A DNA stretch of 64,000 nt from the human T2T-CHM13v2.0 reference genome, Homo sapiens, in assembly GCF_009914755.1 (NCBI RefSeq), contig NC_060937.1. The stretch is one strand, 5' to 3'. Within the stretch, counting starts at the first letter, position 1. The number at the start of each line of letters is the position of its first letter. Below, one piece after another: positions 42,372 through 55,522 of the stretch. Below the pieces are notes generated by a model that saw only the letters and a program-made list of their open reading frames with translations, did not search any database and had not been told where the DNA came from. The position numbers and the translations under genes are program-made.

Positions 42372-44119
42372 CAGTACCTATCTTTCATAGGCCTGCCACA
42401 AGAACTAGATGAGGTAATGTACGTAAACTAGGTGTTATTTTGAAATATAAATTTTTAGCGTGATTTTAGTCATTCTGCGATTCTGAGCACAGAAAATTCT
42501 TTTGCTTTATGAATCTTGTTCCTGCGTTACCTCATTTCTTCCCTCTTGTCTTTCCTTTCATCTGTTCTTCTGCCTGAAACACTGTTCCCACTTTTACTCA
42601 TTTTATTCCTCCTTTGAGACTTAGGCACCGTCTCTCCCATGTCACCCCAAGTGTATATATCTCTTTTCACTTACCACACTTTAAAATAAAAGTCTATGAA
42701 TGTGCCTGACACTCTCATTAGAACATCATACTTCCCAACTTTATATTCATTGTTTAAATCCCAAAACTTTGTGGAGCATCTGCACCTACAAGGAACTCTA
42801 AAATATTGGCTGAGCTGACCTGAACTAATCTCCTGCTTTCACATCTATTTCTTTCTCCACCTTCACTCTTGTTCTCCTACACCCTCTTTCAATATATTCA
42901 CTTATCTTTCCTACCTCCTATCCCATTTCTAGCACATATATGGTATAAATAATAGCGAATTGAGCAGCAATGGTGTCCTCTTGGCCTCCAAATTGCAGCA
43001 TCTCCAGGGGAGGCTATTATAAAAGTGGATTCAGAAAGGGAAAGCAGTAATTGTAGAAGAGATATAATGACCAGAAGAGAAAGGTGATAATGTTAAGTTA
43101 CTCATGGGTTGTGACATTTAGCTGGGTGAAAATACATGATTGTACAGAGGTAGGAGAACCAGGGGGATAGCTTGAGGCCTAGAGGTGATTAGCAGAAGGG
43201 ACAGACTGGTCCAGCCCTCTGAGTCTTTTCCTCCATCTGCCCATTGCCCTGGGCAGGGACAAGGTTACTGGGATCAACATGGTACCCAATTATGCTCCTT
43301 CCTCTACACTCTAGAAAGGGAGGTTCTGGCAGCTTGAAGACCCTCTGTCATTACCCAACCATCTTGACCCGAAAACTTCCAATTCTCAATCCCACATGTA
43401 AATAATTCACAAAACAATTTCCAGGAGGCCATGATACTGCAAAAAAGAAATCAATAAAGCCTGGGCACAACAACAGACACTTTTTCAAACTCTGAGTCCG
43501 ATCAGATGGTTACAGCAGTCTTCTGGCTGTTGAATGTTTTCCCTCCTGTCACTGCCAAGTTGCTGGGTTGATTTATTGGGAAACAGGTAACAGTCACCTT
43601 CGCACTGCTGTTAGCAGATTCCTTTGAGAGAACAGGTTACAAAAACATCCGGTTTGTCTCCCTTGCATTTATCTGTGTATTCATGCATGGAGATTTGTTC
43701 CAGGAGTAACTGAAGCATATAATTCTCAGAGTTCGAATAAATTGAAAATTGCTCCTGCTGAGACTTTGACAAGTTATTTTCCTGCTGGGGTTCACTCCAG
43801 ACTTTCCTGTCTTTCCCAGAATATTTAAAGTGGCTTCCACTGTGTCAGATACACTGTAAACAATTTTCAATGTTATAGCTTTAAGGTAGGCTCAGTAGGC
43901 TTTTAAAAGCTCCAGGCCACCCAATTTGCTAGTTAGTGTATATTACCAATTACAATGCTTTGTCTGCCAGTGCTTCTAAAAGCTGTGATAATATTAATGG
44001 TACCACAGAGTGCCTTTCCTCTTGAATGAACCTTCACTTGTCTTACAGATGACATAAGCTGAGAGCGAATGCCTTGCTGTCATTCAACTGGAGTCACACC
44101 TGTGCTCTTTCACATGCAA

Positions 44120-44305
44120 GTTACAAAGCATTTTCACATGTGTTGTCTTGTTTAACCCTCACAACATAATAATACACCCTTGTGAGTGTATTATAGTCCC
44201 CGTTGTACAAAAGAATGAATGACATGCCCAAGCAGTGGATTTACAAAGAGGCGAGGACAATGCCCAGGCACTCTGGCCTAAATCTAGTGCTCTCTTTACT
44301 ATCTT
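44120..44305 (-). mobile_element. MIR SINE
   Basis: aaagcattttcacatg..tttaaccctcacaac..gacatgcccaag. Confidence 0.6.
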
Positions 44306-44419
44306 GTAACCTGTGGCACATTTCTGGTGGTCTTTCCCATACCCAGAATCAGTTTCTTTCATGTTCAGAGAACTCTAGTTTTGTTTTCCCTTCTAAATAC
44401 CTGGCTCTGTGCGAGGTAT

Positions 44420-44852
44420 TATGACTGGTTTAAGAGGAGAATAGCGATATTGGCTAGTTATCACTCTAGGAGTAGCTGTGGTACCACAGTGCAATTAAAG
44501 CCACTGCAACATAACTGAAGATCTTTTGAGGACTTCTCAGAGTGTATAAGAGAGAACATAAGGGGAAAGCCTTTTTTCTCCCCACCACCCATCTTGATGC
44601 CTGCTCGAGACATTGCCATGTGATGTTTGGAACTGCAGCTGGCTATTTTGTGACCATGTGTCTGGACATTTCTGGCAAAAACAAGGCAGCTTTCTTAAAG
44701 GACAGAAAGTGCATCCATGATGGCATCAGTGAGTTTCCAAACCAACCACATCTACCTTTGGACTTTTCGTTAAGTAGACAAATATTTGTTTATGTTTTAA
44801 GTCATTTTAATCAGATGTTCTGTTACTTATACTTGATTACATCCTAACTGAT
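44420..44852 (+). mobile_element. Old MaLR LTR (MLT1J/K-like)
   Basis: tgtgatgtttggaactgcagctggctattttgtgaccatg; ttctgttactt..catcctaactgatgca. Confidence 0.6.
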
Positions 44853-45324
44853 GCACAGCTATTCTGCACCTGCTCTGCTCTTCAGACACTGATGAATAGG
44901 TTGTCTAACATTCTTGAAGCTAGTGCCATGGCTCCTAACGCAAGCAGGTGCTCTGACTTACCCTTAAGACCTTCCCTCTTTTGGAATAGCAGCTGCCCTT
45001 AAAGAAAATATATAACACTCTATGCTAAGAGTTGTCTCAGTCACCCTAGACCTTTTCCCTGTTCAGCCCCGCCTGCCTGGCTCTACCCTTCGCAATGCTC
45101 TCACCTTCTCCAGATCAGTGTGTGTTACTCTTTATTTTCTACCTTCCCCCTTCTCTTTCAGCGTTTGCCTCCTTCCTGGTCTACTACTGTTTGTTTATAC
45201 CCTAAACCTTGGTCTTGCTCTGCTTTCTGACCTTCAGTTCCATTTGATTATGGCTTGGGACTTTGGTTATGATCATTTGATTGTTAGTTTATAACCCATT
45301 GCTTTGCTTTGATAGAAGAAGAGA

Positions 45325-45545
45325 ACTAACATTTATTGAGCATCTAGTGTGTGCTAAGTATTGATTTAGGAGTTTACCACATTTAATCCTTAAAATAAAC
45401 CTGTGAAATAGGTTTTATCTCCATTTTCCCTTAGCAACAATCTCAGAATGTAGGTGAACTACCCATGATTGAACCTATAGAAGTAATATAGCCAGAAGAC
45501 TAACCCATTGAGTTTGACGCCAAAGATCCTGTCTTCCAACTAGGC
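45325..45545 (-). mobile_element. MIR SINE
   Basis: ctaacatttattgagcatctagtgtgtgc; catttaatcct..cctgtgaaataggt. Confidence 0.7.
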
Positions 45546-45870
45546 CAGGACACAGTACCTGAAGAATCCTTCCATCATTATTTTATCTTCCCTAATCTTG
45601 CGGCTGATTTTACCTAGACTATAGTTTTGACCATCAAATTCTCCATCTCAATCTAATAGTAGAAAAACACGGAAGTGTCACAAATGTACATCATGTGACT
45701 ACCCTATCTCTGAAACATCTTGGATCCCGTCTGTGATACATTCCGGTAAAAGCAGTCTAATTTTGTTAAATCAGTATGCACTAATGAAGAAAAGTAGTGA
45801 GTCTCTGGTAAAATCACTTGGCTGGGAGTCACCACTTGATTTTTGGTGTTAGCTGTTTGTTTAAAAATTA

Positions 45871-46199
<329 letters not shown>

Positions 46200-46279
46200 T
46201 TAATGGAAGCATCAGTTTTGTGTTTCTTGGATATACAGGCCTATCTGGTGAAACATTTGATCTAAATTTGGAATAATTT

Positions 46280-46670
46280 AGAATATACATGTGTACAGTA
46301 ATATTCATCACATTTTTATTTATAATCAAAATTAGTCAGAATCTAAATGTTCAATAATAAAACCTTGGCTAAATAAGATGTGGTATATTTAAAAAGGAAG
46401 GAGTACCATATAGCTATTACATATTTTATTTAGGGAAATATTTTATGACACAGGAAAATATAATGAAGCATTAAATTAAAAAATAGGATTTTAAATTGCA
46501 TACACTATAGGGCTTCACTTTTGTAATGAATATACAGGTTTATGTGCACAGAATAAAAGGCTAGATGAAAATAGTACCAGGATGTTAACTGTGATAAGAT
46601 GCTATTTATATTTTTTCTTTATGTTTATATTTTCTAAATATTTTATAATGAATAGTTCTTTTATTAATCA
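46280..46670 (+). mobile_element. Old L1ME 3' fragment
   Basis: atctaaatgttcaataa..ggctaaataagatgtggtatatt. Confidence 0.55.
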
Positions 46671-46819
46671 AAGAAAATCTTAATTCAATAGAAAAACAAT
46701 TTATAAGTGAATTTGCATTAATATTTCTTAAATAGCACACTTTCTATTTAATGCAGTTGAAAATGTGATTTCTAAAAAACAAACATTTACACACAACTTT
46801 TCAACAGTATATCTATTGC

Positions 46820-47250
46820 TGCTATAGTCTGGATGTTTATCCCCTGCAAATCTCACGTGAAAGTTTGATCCTCAGTGTTGCAGTTGGGGCCTAATGGGAG
46901 GTGTTTGGGTAGTGGGGGTGGATCCCTCATGAATGCATGAATGCCCTGGGGTTGGGGAAGTGAATGTGTTCTCATTCTATTAGTTACTGAGTGAGGGCTC
47001 CTTGTTAAAAAGAGCCTGGTGCTCTGGGCTCTGTCTTGCTGCTGCTTCTCTTGCCATGTGATCCCTGCACACAACGGCTCCCCTTTCCCTTTCTCCACCA
47101 TCAGTAGAAACAGCCTGAGGTTCTCACCATGTGCAGATGCCCAATCTTGGACTTTCCAGCCATCAGAATTGTGAGCCAAATAAACCTTGTTTCTTAATAA
47201 ATTACCCAGATTCAGGCATTCCTTTATAGCAACACAAATGGAATAAAACA
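46820..47250 (+). mobile_element. MaLR solo LTR (MSTB-like)
   Basis: tgctatagtctggatg..gtggatccctcatgaat..gagccaaataaacc..gcaacacaaatggaataaaaca; TSD attgc/agtgc. Confidence 0.88.
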
Positions 47251-47479
47251 AGTGCCTATAACAATATGTAATTACCTCTTTAAAAATTAATAGATACTCA
47301 TATTACAGTGAATGGGGAAAGAGCTCTCTCTCGTTGTGAAGCCCTTGAGGTTTCTACAGGGGAAGGCCCTACCTGTGGGCTTCTTCTGGGTCATTCCAAG
47401 TCAGCAAGAGAACTTGTGCTTGAGGTTCATCTTCAAACTACAATACAGTGCAGTTGGGCTACATCAAAAATAAGTAAAT

Positions 47480-48120
47480 TAATGCACAGTATTATTTTAG
47501 ATGATGGTAAATCTAGGGAAGAAGAATGAGTCTAGGGAGGATGATTTGATAGAAATTTTCTTGGTAAACGGGTTATGGTAGGTTGGCCACATTTGACTGG
47601 ATAACTGAGGAAACCTCTTTGGGGAGGTGACATGGTTGGTTCCTAAGAAGTGAATTACAAGATTTCATCCAGGTAAGGATCTTGAAGCAGAGTGTTGTGG
47701 GTGAGGGAATAGCAAATACAAAGGCTGTCAGACAGGAAAGACCTTGACACAGTCAATAAACAGAAAGCAGGCACTGGGCATATGGATGAAGCTTAGAGGG
47801 GAAGGGCAGGGTAGGGCAAGAGGAGGGAAGCTTATCAATAGAGTTTGGGCAGTTAAATTATCAGGGACTGCCAGGCTCAGAGTCTCAAAAGAAATTAAGC
47901 TGTGCCAAAAAGAAATTAGACTCCCTAGAAATGACGGCTTTAATAAAATGAGAAAGTATAAACGGAAATGATGTCTCACAATCCCGTGATGAGTGAGTTG
48001 TGTCTATGGTAAAAAAGAGCAAAGAAAAAGTCCATGAGCATTTTGGAGGCTGATAATGTTGTCTTGAAATGGTATTTAAGGAAAATTCAACCAGTGTGGC
48101 CTGGTAACCATGGCTGCAGT
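47480..48120 (-). mobile_element. L2 fragments
   Basis: cctctttggggaggtgacat; gagggaatagcaaatacaaaggc. Confidence 0.5.
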
Positions 48121-49899
48121 GACTACGATCATTCGGACAAATGCAGGATTTCCTGATTTATCAGCAGAAACAAATCACCTACTCATAAACATACTTGGCC
48201 AGCATGGCTAAATCTTTTATTTTCAGGTGGTCTCATTGCTATTAAGGTTACACCTCACATTTTATGTTAAAAATTTAGGGTTTTCTGATTTTCAAAAGTA
48301 GCTTTCAATTTATTGCAGTAAGTTTTCAGTAGCTTTGTCTATGGACAAAGACTAAATACTGTTTAGAAGAAACACATATTCATTAGTCTTTGCTTGAAGA
48401 AAGTTTCCCAATCTAAAATACTTCAAGTATACGCTTGCTACTTCTGCTTTAAATCAGACAAGCCTCACGAGAAGGGACTGAAATTCAAATATCATCAACA
48501 TGCTAGCAGTATGCTGAGATTCATCTCACAAATAATTCCCAGGGAAAGGCTAAGTTTGGATCAATAAAAGTCAGTTGTATGGATGCTACAAGTTTGAAAA
48601 AAAAATGCATTTGACCTCCAGAGCCAATGTGATTCAAACAGAAAAGTAAAATACAAATCTTTTGACTAAATCATATTGGTAAATATACACAAAAATGTAA
48701 TGAGTAAGAAAAGGTAAAAGTAATTGGGAATATGTCACCCCATGGGATTTAAGTGGCCAACTAGCTCTTCCTTGGTGACATTTCTTGTCTTGTGCCTTTT
48801 GAAATTTCATTGTAACATCCTTGACATGGATGATATCATTGGCATAGATAAAATTTTTTCCAATCTTTTGAGTCTACTTGATTAGAGATTTAGCAGGAAG
48901 AACACAAATGTGATTGAAACTCTATAAAATCAATATTCAATGGAGTCTTCCTACTAAATATGTGTGAAGCCTTATAAGTTTGGTCAGTTGTTTAATACCT
49001 TTTAAGAAAGACCTTCCTTTCCTGCTAAGATAAATAGTTTCCAGAAGTTAATTCCATTATATTATGGCTATTCATGTAGCAAACTCACTGCTACCTCTGT
49101 GATTTTAAAAAAGAACATCTTAAAATTGTCTTCGATACTTATCCAGTTAGGTTTCATGAATCATCAAGGTGGGGGATGTCTGGATAGCCTCAAGTGTTTT
49201 GAATTTCCATTTTCTTTACTTAGGCTAGATTTTTATGCATTGGTTTTTCACTGACAACATTTTTATGGTTTTAAACACTGTAATTAGAAGTCCAAAAAGT
49301 TATTTTAATGAGTTGGCTAAAAATTTATGCCCTTAAAGCCAGGAAATCCCAAATGTGTCCATGTTGTGCATGTTGTATTTCAGATTAGTAGTTTAGGCTT
49401 CTAAATTTGTATTCTCATTATGGGGTATATAAATGAGGGAAATTTTCACATAGGTTTCTTGTTTTGTTTTGCTTTTAGCATTTAACGTGTTTGAATTGTC
49501 TCCTAACTACCTTGTCTTAAAATAACTCTGGATGTTTGGACAGGTGGTTACACTCTGTTAATCACACAAAGTTGAAGCTATTTTAAAGCAAGTCATTCCC
49601 ACTATGGTAACACTGTTGAAGCCTTCTGCAATACAGAAGGCTTCTACTTCTGTTTTATCAACTCGGCCTTTCTCTAAAAGTATCCTCATAGTATCTATGT
49701 AGAGTTGATGCAATATCTTTAAATAGTTCTAGACTTCTTGTGATATCACCATCTGGAACTTGGATCTTCTTCACAGGCAAAGAATTAGCCCTCACGGCTC
49801 CTGTCTTCTGGGGTTTATTTAATATGCACAATTATATCATTTTGTGCTAAGCACCAACATAAAGCAAGTTCAGGAAATCATGGCGTTTCAGGTTTGTAA

Positions 49900-50217
<318 letters not shown>

Positions 50218-50559
50218 TGAAATAGTTATAGTTTTGAGGAAGTTGCAAAAATAGTACAGAGAGGTCCAAGGTCATTTATTTTAACTACTCACCTTGCCCT
50301 GAAAGACTTTACACATTTAAAACTGAAGAAAATTGGTTCTGAAGATTTACCCATCAGGATCCGAAGAATACAGACACCCAAATCAAAGGACCAGCTTACT
50401 AGCAAGTAAGAAGGTGAAGAAGGGAAGAACAGTGACCCAACAAGTAATATCCTCATTCAAAATGACTTTGATTAAAGGAACATGTAATGGGATGAATACT
50501 TACAAACATGCAGACTTCTTTAATTCCAGAATTATGATGGAAGAGGTGTTTATACAACC

Positions 50560-50790
50560 ACCTGGGCTTTGAAATCAGTGCTTCAAATTCTGGCTCTGTT
50601 GATTACTGTAAAATCCTGAGATGGTAATTGATCTCTCTGTGTCTTTGTTTCTTCTTCTGTGGAAGAGCAATAATAATATCTTTCCTGGACAGTTGTGACA
50701 AGAATTAAAATTGTTTAATATGCATAAAGAAGACAGTTAGCATAGTATTCAAGCAAGTGCTCAATATATTAAAGATATTATCATTACTCT
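50560..50790 (+). mobile_element. MIR SINE
   Basis: ttcaaattctggctctg; gcaagtgctcaata. Confidence 0.6.
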
Positions 50791-50812
50791 TTCACTTCTG
50801 AAAATTCAAATA

Positions 50813-51451
50813 CAGCCAATTCTTGTTATTTGTAGTAGTTTATTCTATAAAGTCACTATGAACACTGAATTAGCAAGTATTTAACTATTACTCCAAGAGG
50901 AAATATAGGGTTAATTTCCTACAAACCACTGGTCACAACATATTTTTGTCAACCAATGTCTGACCTTGTTTTATATATGTTTCTGTATAAAGATATTGCA
51001 TGCATTCATTAACACTGAACTCATGGCTAACAGCACTATAGCTCATGTCAGAACAAAGCTTATCTAATAAGTATATTTTCTCTAATGCAATCTTCTTAGG
51101 AACACCAGCCAGCACTTTAACAATATGCCTGGAGGCCATTTTAAACAGTGAAATCACCAAGAAAAAGCAAAAAAAAAAAATTTTTTTTAAAGTGAAAAAT
51201 GTTGCACTAAATAGACTGCAGAATGCACACTTGTTTGCAGTATAAGAGTACAAGAAGGTGGAGCATGGCTTTGTTCAACCTCAGCTGGGAACTTGTGCAA
51301 TGGGGCACTAAAAGCTTTCTCCACTCTGTAAAGATGTGTATCCAAAAATGACTGTGAAAGTGCTGCAAGTATGGGTTTGGGAGTTACAAATACATTTTAG
51401 TGGACAGGCAAATTCACAAATATGAAATCTGTGAATAACTGTGATCTACTG
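50813..51451. mobile_element. MER82-like TcMar-Tigger DNA transposon
   Basis: TA|cagccaattcttgttatt ... aataactgtgatctactg|TA: degenerate terminal inverted repeats with TA duplication; ~640 bp. Confidence 0.82.
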
Positions 51452-51709
51452 TAGTAGTTTTTGTGCCAGCCTGAATAAATTCTTGTGTTGACTCCTGAAA
51501 ACATAAGTGAACTTGATCAAAGTGTAACGTTTTGAGACTGGTTTTTACGTGTGTCTTGTAGAATCAAGACCTGACCATGTTTCTGCTCCTACCCTCCCGC
51601 TCCTTTCACTTAAGTTCTCCTGTGGACTCATGTGCCTGGTTGAGGTCCCTGAACATGGCAGAGTCCCTTGTGACTTTGGGCTCTTCTCCATAGTGTTCCC
51701 ACTATGATG

Positions 51710-51940
51710 GGACAGTGCAGAACCACTAAGCCTGCAGGCTCTGGAATCCCACAGCCTGGGTATGACACCCAGCTCAGCCACTTACAAAACATGTGACCTG
51801 GAGCAAGTTCTGTAACCTCTCTGGCTACAGTTTCTTCTTCTATAAAATTGTGATAATAACGGCATTTACCTCGGAAGATGTTTTGAAAATTAAGGAGATT
51901 ATGTCTTCAAAACACTTCCCACAATGCCTGGCACATAGGA
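51710..51940 (+). mobile_element. MIR SINE
   Basis: cccagctcagccactta..tgtgacctggagcaagtt; acaatgcctggcacatag. Confidence 0.8.
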
Positions 51941-52150
51941 TCATTCCGTGTTTTTCTGCCTGGTCAGATTCCATTTGAAGCCTCAATGTCCATTCCTTGG
52001 TGAACACATCGCTAACTCCCCAGGCACAACTAGTCATTTTCCCCTATGCTTCTGAATCACTTTAGTTCATGACAATCACAGCACTTGAGGAAATGCTGCA
52101 TTGCTGACAACCTCCTTCCCTGTGCAACTGTGAGTTTCCTGATGGATCTT

Positions 52151-52285
52151 CTCTTTTTTTTCTTTTTCTCTTTCTTTTCTTTCCTTTTCTTTCTTTTCCT
52201 TTTCTTTCTTTTCCTTTCTTTCTTTCTCTTTCTTTCTTTTTCTTTCTCTTTCTTTCTCTCCCTTCCTTCCTTCCTTACTTCTTTC

Positions 52286-52319
<34 letters not shown>

Positions 52320-52604
52320 CTTTTTAGATGGAGTCTCTCTCTGTCATTCAGGCTGCAGTGCAGCGGCACAATCTTGGCTCACTGCAACCTCTGCCTCCTG
52401 GGTTCAGGCAATTCTCTGCCTCAGCTTCCCAAGTAGCTGGGATTATAGGCACCCCCCCACCACGCCTGGCTAATTTTTGTATTTTTAGTAGAGATGGGGT
52501 TTCACCCTCTTGGCCAGGCTAGTCTTGAACTCCTGACCTCATGATCCACCTGCCTCAGCCTCCCAAAGTGCTGGGATTACAGGCGTGAGCCACTGCGCCC
52601 AGCC
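52151..52604 (-). mobile_element. AluSg-like with expanded ~175-bp CT-rich tail, inserted in an L2 3' end
   Basis: ctcctgacctcatgatcc; TSD tcctgatggat at 52137 and 52605. Confidence 0.92.
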
Positions 52605-52879
52605 TCCTGATGGATATTTTCAATCTTTGCTTCCCTGGTGTCCATCAGGGAGCCAGACACACAGTAGGTGCTCAACAGTTGCTAAATACATGAGTTAATA
52701 TATAAATATACGTAATTACAATTACAACTCATAAAAAGTAGTGGCTTGAACAATTGGAAGGAAAACTGTTGAGCAAATACAAAATATCTGGTCCTTTTTG
52801 AATTTAAAACATAGATACTATGTTAACTTAAGATTAAACATATACAACAAATTATGTATTTTATACCCTAACTCTGCAG

Positions 52880-53445
52880 AATAGGGTTTCTCAAGTTGTA
52901 ACTACATGGAAAGTTTGTGAATTTTGTAGGTTCCTAAAATCCACCCCAGATCTACTGAATATGCATGATGTTTAATAAGCTGTCTGCCTAAAGCTTGGTC
53001 ACCACTCTGGTGGCAGCTGCTCAAACTCCTCAGGGTAATCTTCTGAAACAGTAGGATACATTAGGATGTAAGTACCCTGGTACGGGCAGGGACCATGTGT
53101 GTTTTGTTCAGTATTGTGCCCTCTTATCTGAACTAGTATGTAACACACAGAAAGAGCACAATAATTAGTTACTGGTTAAACAAATGAATAAATAATGCAG
53201 ATAAGAAGCAAATTCATAGTCCCCATAAACACTTTGGATTGTATTACCGAAGTGGAGTCCCAAATTCACCCATTCTCAGACTTCAGTGCAGGTAACAATC
53301 CCTATTTAAAAGAAAGCTCCAAGACTCACTCTCTGAAGATTCCGATTCAGTAGGTCTGGGGGGTGGGGCTGAAAGTCTCCATTTGTAACATGATCATAGG
53401 TGATTCCAAGCAAAGTGATCACTGTTACACACTTTGAAAAATGCA
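52880..53445. mobile_element. Two MER5-type hAT fossils flanking an L2 3' end
   Basis: ccaccccagatctactgaat; gattcagtaggtctggggg..cacactttgaaaaatgc; agggaccatgtgtgttttgttca. Confidence 0.6.
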
Positions 53446-53568
53446 GTACATCATCCAGGCAATGGCCCAACAACCAAATCAAGTGTAAACAAAACTGTGG
53501 TGTGTGGTTCAGTTGTGGGGTGCATAGCTATCAATGCAGAGAGGAGTTTGTATGTAGTATTTAATACT

Positions 53569-54116
53569 TGTATTAGTCAGAGTTCTCTAGAAGGACAGAA
53601 CTAACAGGATAGATGTACATATAAAGTGGAATTTATTAAGGAGTATTGACTCACATGATCACAAGGTGAGGTTTCACAATAGGCTATCTACAAGCTGAGG
53701 AGCAAGGAAGCCAGTTCAGGTCCCAAAACCTCAAAAGTAGGAAAGCCAACAGTGCAACCTTCAGTCTGTGGCTGAAGGCCTGACAGCCCTTGGCAAATCG
53801 CTAGTGTAAGTCCAACAGTCCAAAAGCTGAATAACTTGGAGTCTGATGTTCAAGGGCAGGAAGCATCCAGCATGGGAGAAAGATGAAGGCCGGAAGACTC
53901 AGCAAGTCTGCTCTTTCCACCTTCTTCTACCTGCTTTATTCTAGCTGCATTGGCAGCTTATTAGTGATGCCCACCCAGACTGAGGGTGGGTCTCCCTCTC
54001 CTGGTCCACTGACTCAAATGTTACTCTCCTTTGGCAACACCCTCACAGACACACCCAGGAACAATACTTTGCACCCTTCAATCCAATCAAGTTGACACTC
54101 AATATTAACCATTATA
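53569..54116 (-). mobile_element. ERVL solo LTR (MLT2A2-like)
   Basis: tgtattagtcagagttctctagaaggacagaact..tcaatccaatcaagttgacactcaatattaacc; exact TSD atact at 53564-53568 and 54117-54121. Confidence 0.92.
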
Positions 54117-55522
54117 ATACTCAGTCTAATAAAACCTGTAAACAATGTTGAACTCAGGGTATTGTGAGCTCTGCAGTGTTGTTCCAATAAATACACAGCA
54201 ACCCATATGTGTTCCCATTATGTTTAGAGTAAGAAGTGTCATTTAAATTCTCATCTGGACCTTCATTCTCTTCCTGACAGAGGAGGAGCATGACAGGGCA
54301 AATGTGGACGCTGCTCATCCTCTCCAGTATATACAATGTTTAATCATTGAAAGAAAATAAGAAGAATGATAGTGAAACCATGACCTCCCAAATGTCTTTC
54401 ACTTCACTGGCTGTTGTGGTTATTGCAGTACTTTTCTGATGGCTCTTGTCTTGTGAAACTTGTTTTTTACCTCTGTCTACAAGACTTATGGTTCTGAAGC
54501 TTTTCTTAATATAGCTTAACTATTTGGTCTCTACTCATAATTTCCAACTTGGCAGTGGGGGTTTGCCCATTCTCTGTTCTCTGTTTCTTGCTATCAGCTG
54601 AGGCTTCTCAGCTCTCTTCCATCCCTCAGAAAGAAGGTCTGAAATTATTATGTAATCCACATGGATACAAACCCAGTGCGGAACCTCATGTGAAGTCTTC
54701 AAGCTCTCAGCCTTGTCAGCTCAATCTTCCCTCATTTTCTGGTAGGGATAACAGCAGGACATTATGTTGATTCTCTGCTAGGATAGATCACTTCCTCTCT
54801 GGAGTTCTATAATCTCAAGGTGTATGCATCATAAACTGAAAGCATCAATGTAGATTGGAAAACTTGCTACACCCACCTGCTGCTCTGCTTGCTACTTTCC
54901 AGGCATTTAAAGGAGAACAGGCCTGTGGGATGAGTGCAGGTGGTGTGTAAAAACTAAAAGAGTTCCTGTATTGGCAGCAGTGGGAAGAGGGAAGCAGAAA
55001 AACCAGATGGAAGTTTACTGCCTCTGGGCTGCACTTACCACAAAGTAATTCATATGCACTTTTGCCTTTATCTGCAGCTTTGAATGTAGGCATATTTATT
55101 TTAAATCTCCAAGGAGCTCTTGTGTTTGATGGATTAAAAAATGTTTAATTACATTTACAGCCTTTCCATGAGGTAGATATGGAAAGCCATTCCATTTGGT
55201 TTACTGATTAGTGGCGTGGTAAATTACTCCATTAGAACAGTGCTATAAATAATAAAAATGGCATTTTACTGCACGATGTTCTATCCTCTTCTTGTGCTAT
55301 CATGACCATTATACCAGAGTCAAATGATTTCATGAGATTTCCAGCAAGACAATGTTTTAGAAAGCCTGGAGTTTGCCTCAGGAGATCTAGATTTCAGCTC
55401 TTTAATATTGCTCAGCGGGATTAATATTATCAGATTTATAATTTCACTGACATTATTTAAAAAAAAACATGGATAACAGCAGCTTCTTTGCCTATCTTAG
55501 CATTGCTGAGGATCAAATGAGA

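Noticed and set aside
43440-43900. Enhancer-like unique stretches (also ~32940-33180, 55150-55340)
   Set aside because: Only short motifs seen; conservation and chromatin state cannot be judged from one sequence.
52076-52369. K/E/R-rich charged ORF
   Set aside because: Translation of the expanded Alu tail.
54154-54336. Protein-like minus ORF (EENEGPDENLNDTSYSK)
   Set aside because: No homology recognised and no clear exon boundaries.
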